This document shows positions 28,929-32,396 of a stretch of DNA of 32,396 bases, one piece after another (the stretch's first letter is position 1; each line of letters opens with the position of its first letter). The stretch lies in the sequence record DRR723986_12936; one strand, given 5' to 3'. A model generated the notes under the pieces. It was not told where the DNA came from. It made no database searches and saw only the letters and a list, made by a program, of their open reading frames with translations. Made by a program: the position numbers and the translations under genes.

Positions 28929-31529
28929 ATGTACGAAGAATTGCTGCAAAGCGACTCACGACCTTTCCGAGCCACGCCGGATCGTCAGTTCTATTTCCCG
29001 TCCGAAGCGATCGAAACCGCTCGACAGACCTCTCTGCGTGCAACGCTTCGTGCTGAAGGCCCCGTGTTGATCATGGGCGGGGCAGGACTCGGAAAAAGTC
29101 TGCTTGCACAAATTCTTGCCGACGACCTCTCGGCGCGATTTGACATCGTCAACTTGCATGCCGCACAACTGTGCTCTCGCAAGGCACTGTTGCAGAGTAT
29201 CCTGTTTGAATTGCAGATGCCCTACCGAGATCTCTCCGAAGGCGAGTTGCGACTATCCATTCTCGATCGACTTGTCCCCAGTCCCGAGACGGCTCCCGAT
29301 GGCGTTTTGATGATTGTTGACGAAGCTCACACGCTGCCGATCAAGCTGCTGGACGAGCTGCGATTGATTACCAACTTCACTCGAGGTGGGCAACCGCGAG
29401 CGCGGGTCGTGCTTCTCGGCAGCCTCAAACTTGAAGACATCTTCGCACAGCCGAAACTGGATTCATTCAACCAACGACTCGCCGCACGCTGCTACCTACA
29501 GCCACTCAGCAGAAGCGAGACGCGAGACTTCGTGCGTCATCAACTCTCTGTCGCTGGCCTTAATCCCGACGAAGCGATCACCGGCGATGCACTCGACACG
29601 GTCTTTACTGCCAGTGACGGATTGCCGCGAATCACCAATCAGCTCATGGACCACGCCGTCGTTCTAGCAGGCACAAAGACCAGCGGCGCGATCACTGCTC
29701 AGTTGATCGAAGAAGCATGGGCAGACCTACAACAACTGCCTGCTCCATGGCACGCTGGCGAAGAAGCACTGAATTGGAACGCTTCAGACTCACAGCAAAG
29801 CAGCGATCAAGCCTCGACCGCTGCCAACAGTGCTAGCTTTGCCGAGTTCGGCGAAGCGACTCCGGTCGAAGACGAAAACACAAGCGTCTTTGAATTCGGT
29901 CCCGCCCCGACGACGACAACACCTTCGGCAGAACCTGCAGTTGCGGAGATTCCGTCCGACGACCCAAGTCAACTCCCGGACTCTGAGCAAGTAGCTGACG
30001 ACCAGAGCTTTGAAGATGCTGCAGAATCAGTCGCACCCGCTGGCATCAACAAATTAAACAACGACGAAGTAAGCAACGCTTCCGAACCAATCGTTGTTGA
30101 AACATCCAGCAACGCGGCACCTAATCCTGTGCCCAATGTTACTGTTCCCAGTGCACCTGAGCAAAATGTTACTGAGCCAGTTGTTGCCGAACCAACCGCT
30201 GCTGAGCCAGAGTCGGTGGCAGGCGAAGCGGAGAGCACGAATTTCTTCGCGGCATTCACTCCAGACACGGGGAACGATCTTCCTGATCCGGACGCCCCCA
30301 CAGTGCTCAGCGCCGAGAATTTGGCGTCCGAAGATATAGCATCCGACTCACAGGACTTTTTCGCTGGCCGACCGACAGACGACAAGATGCTCGCTTTCGC
30401 TGAAGAAGCCGCTGAGCTGGAAAGCGTCTCCCCTCAGTTGCAGGCCAACGGCGTTGACGCCATCAATGTCAGTGATGCCGTCGAAGCGATGAATATCGAT
30501 GCCGCGCAAGTCTACAGCTACTTCGACGGTGATTTGTCCGAAGAGGAATCTGCGGCTGCACTCGCAATCGACACTGCTGCCGCCGACACGGAAGCTTCCA
30601 AGAACTTTGTTTCAGACACAGCCGAAACGCAGAGTTTCGAAACGGTCGAGCCTGCCGCTTTACCCGCGGCAGATCCGTCCGAATTCAGTCAGCAAGAAAT
30701 CAACGCAGTCCCCTGCCCCGCCACCTCGGGTGATTGCAGCAGTGAACAGTTGGTCACGTCCAGCAGCACGGATTTGTTCGGCGACGATTTCGAAGAGGAA
30801 TTTGCAATCGACTCGCAGGGCTTCAGCCAGTCGCCGCTGCCAGGTGACACGTTTGGCGCAGACTCACAAAGCGAATCACCGATCATCGAGCGCCTATCCG
30901 ACCAATCAGCCACCGCCGAGCAACCGCAGACAACCGAAAGCACGCCCGCAGTTGAACTTTCCGGGATCAATGAAAACGTACTCGCCAGCGAAAACGCAAC
31001 TGAACAACCGTTCGCTGATAGCAATATCGTGAACACCGAACCGGCCTGCGAATCGAACTCGACCGGCAGCGACAATCCATGGTCGGTCGATATGGTTTCC
31101 GCGGACATGACGTCCACTGACATCGTTTCCACGGATGTCCAAAGCGAACAGTCGCTGCACAACGAAATCGAAGACATCGTTTCGCAGCTAAACTTCTCGG
31201 CGTTCACGGTTGAAAACGAGACGCTCGAACAAGTTGCCGAAGAATCCAAGGCTAACTCGGAAGCATCCATATCGTCAACTAACCAAGACATTCCCGAAGA
31301 CTCGGTACGTCGCGGCGAGAATGACGACGTCTACATGCTGCATCGCCCTATCGATTCCGACGCAGAAGGAAACATCTTCACTCAGGTTGCCGAATACGAT
31401 GACGATCGTGATCTGTTGGTAATCGAAGAAGACATTCCCGTCACGGACGGCACGCCTACCAAGAACGACGACGAGCCCGCGAAACAGACTGTTGCCTACA
31501 GTCAGTTGTTCGCCAAACTTCGCAAGTAG
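28929..31529 (+). CDS. ExeA/GspA-family AAA ATPase with long acidic low-complexity tail
   Basis: RPFRATPD..FYF, Walker A GGAGLGKS, Walker B MIVDEAH, ELRLITN, QRLAARCYL.PL, SDGLPRITNQL; residues ~280-866 D/E/S/A/P-rich. Confidence 0.9.
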   Translation: MYEELLQSDSRPFRATPDRQFYFPSEAIETARQTSLRATLRAEGPVLIMGGAGLGKSLLAQILADDLSARFDIVNLHAAQLCSRKALLQSILFELQMPYRDLSEGELRLSILDRLVPSPETAPDGVLMIVDEAHTLPIKLLDELRLITNFTRGGQPRARVVLLGSLKLEDIFAQPKLDSFNQRLAARCYLQPLSRSETRDFVRHQLSVAGLNPDEAITGDALDTVFTASDGLPRITNQLMDHAVVLAGTKTSGAITAQLIEEAWADLQQLPAPWHAGEEALNWNASDSQQSSDQASTAANSASFAEFGEATPVEDENTSVFEFGPAPTTTTPSAEPAVAEIPSDDPSQLPDSEQVADDQSFEDAAESVAPAGINKLNNDEVSNASEPIVVETSSNAAPNPVPNVTVPSAPEQNVTEPVVAEPTAAEPESVAGEAESTNFFAAFTPDTGNDLPDPDAPTVLSAENLASEDIASDSQDFFAGRPTDDKMLAFAEEAAELESVSPQLQANGVDAINVSDAVEAMNIDAAQVYSYFDGDLSEEESAAALAIDTAAADTEASKNFVSDTAETQSFETVEPAALPAADPSEFSQQEINAVPCPATSGDCSSEQLVTSSSTDLFGDDFEEEFAIDSQGFSQSPLPGDTFGADSQSESPIIERLSDQSATAEQPQTTESTPAVELSGINENVLASENATEQPFADSNIVNTEPACESNSTGSDNPWSVDMVSADMTSTDIVSTDVQSEQSLHNEIEDIVSQLNFSAFTVENETLEQVAEESKANSEASISSTNQDIPEDSVRRGENDDVYMLHRPIDSDAEGNIFTQVAEYDDDRDLLVIEEDIPVTDGTPTKNDDEPAKQTVAYSQLFAKLRK

Positions 31530-31596
31530 CGTTGCGAGGCGAGTGAGCTAGAAGTGCTTTACCGTTAGTTTTGACCTCTGCGAGTCGCGACCACCG

Positions 31597-32205
31597 ATGA
31601 AACAGCACGCTATCGAACCAAGCCAGTCCACGGAAACCGCTTTTGATACGCTTTGGGCCGACCAGGCTGTGGAAGCGCAAACCAGGGCTGGTTGCCAAGC
31701 CATTGGGTTGACGGGAGCCAATCGCTACGCCATCGATACTCGGACGTCTAACCAGCTTGCACTAACGCTTGCACATTCGGCCCAAAACGCTGTCGACAGC
31801 CGCATGTTGCGATTGCATTTGGATGTATTTTTGAGCGCTAACCTCGAACGTCTGGACACGCAGACGAAGGGGATTCCGACGACCGTTCGCAGTCCGCTTG
31901 GGCAGTGGCAAGAGGTCTCGGTGCCGGTTCCAGTCGGCATTGCCGCGTCTTGGTCTCTATTACAGTTGCCAAAGTGGATTGCACAGTGGCGACGGCAGTA
32001 CGGCCTGATTCTCATCGACCTCGGACGCATCGACTTGACTCCAGCGCGAGTGATCGGACGACTTTGCCAAGCAACTTATGTCGTCGCGGGCCCATCGCCG
32101 ACCGGTTCTCCCGACTGGGTAGAAACACACGTTCGCTGGTTGCGATCCGCGGGCGCCAACGTGGCTGGTAGCATCTTGGTCGAACAGCAAGCAGCCGCAG
32201 CCTAA
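31597..32205 (+). CDS. Degenerate CpsD/CapB (BY-kinase)-like protein lacking an intact Walker A
   Basis: C-terminal half WRRQYGLILIDLG..IGRLCQATYVV..T..LRSAGANVAGSIL matches the BY-kinase YDxIIID..DgvllV..T..L..G..ilG.VL pattern; P-loop region AIGLTGANRY has no GKS/T. Confidence 0.6.
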   Translation: MKQHAIEPSQSTETAFDTLWADQAVEAQTRAGCQAIGLTGANRYAIDTRTSNQLALTLAHSAQNAVDSRMLRLHLDVFLSANLERLDTQTKGIPTTVRSPLGQWQEVSVPVPVGIAASWSLLQLPKWIAQWRRQYGLILIDLGRIDLTPARVIGRLCQATYVVAGPSPTGSPDWVETHVRWLRSAGANVAGSILVEQQAAAA

Positions 32206-32284
32206 ACCGCAGCCTAACTATGCGTTCAAGCTCTAGGTCCACCAGCCAATCGAGGCCGGATCCGAGCAGCATTGTGATCAATTC

Positions 32285-32396
32285 ACAGCTCGGAGAGGCG
32301 GCTTACAAACACAGTAGCTCGCATCTCCGAGGCGAGCGTAGCGCAAAGTGACTCGCTCTCCAGTTCTGCTCGTTCTTCTCAGTAGCACGGCTCTCC
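32285..32396. repeat. Second GTAG-type REP cluster, truncated by window edge
   Basis: Inverted gtaagccgcctctccgagctgt (32285-32306), gtagctcgcatctccgaggcgagc (32314-32337) and gtagcacggctctcc (32382-end) share a GTA(A)GC...TCTCCGAG-like core. Confidence 0.6.

Noticed and set aside
28929-31529. Type II secretion operon
   Set aside because: No gspB-gspN genes nearby, and the ATPase lacks the TM/PG-binding C-terminus of true ExeA

Overview
Bacterial chromosomal window. Gene content (signal-peptide sulfatase, double Zn-ribbon membrane protein, helical+WD40 secreted protein, GTAG-type REPs) suggests a planctomycete, probably Pirellulaceae-like; this is inference. About 20 real CDS: an orphan Imm11/DUF1629-like immunity gene with a possible decayed AHH-toxin tail upstream, a GumC/Wzc-type co-polymerase with an O-antigen ligase/Wzy-like gene, a SpoIIE/RsbU phosphatase, a sulfatase, purQ, a GT2, a Gfo/Idh/MocA oxidoreductase, a lipoprotein, an HI0933 flavoprotein, a 1369-aa beta-propeller sensor kinase, a WD40 protein, a class-A-beta-lactamase-like/PG-binding/D,D-carboxypeptidase fusion, DUF1015 and trpF. 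The window ends with a three-gene unit (degenerate Wzc-like membrane protein, ExeA-type ATPase with a ~590-aa acidic tail, BY-pseudokinase), which is the best candidate for an undescribed system. Non-coding highlights are two near-consensus parS sites (23972-23987, 24014-24029) beside a REP/REPIN-like array, and further REP clusters at both window ends. No rRNA, tRNA, CRISPR array or transposase was seen. All family calls come from motif recognition by eye, not database searches.
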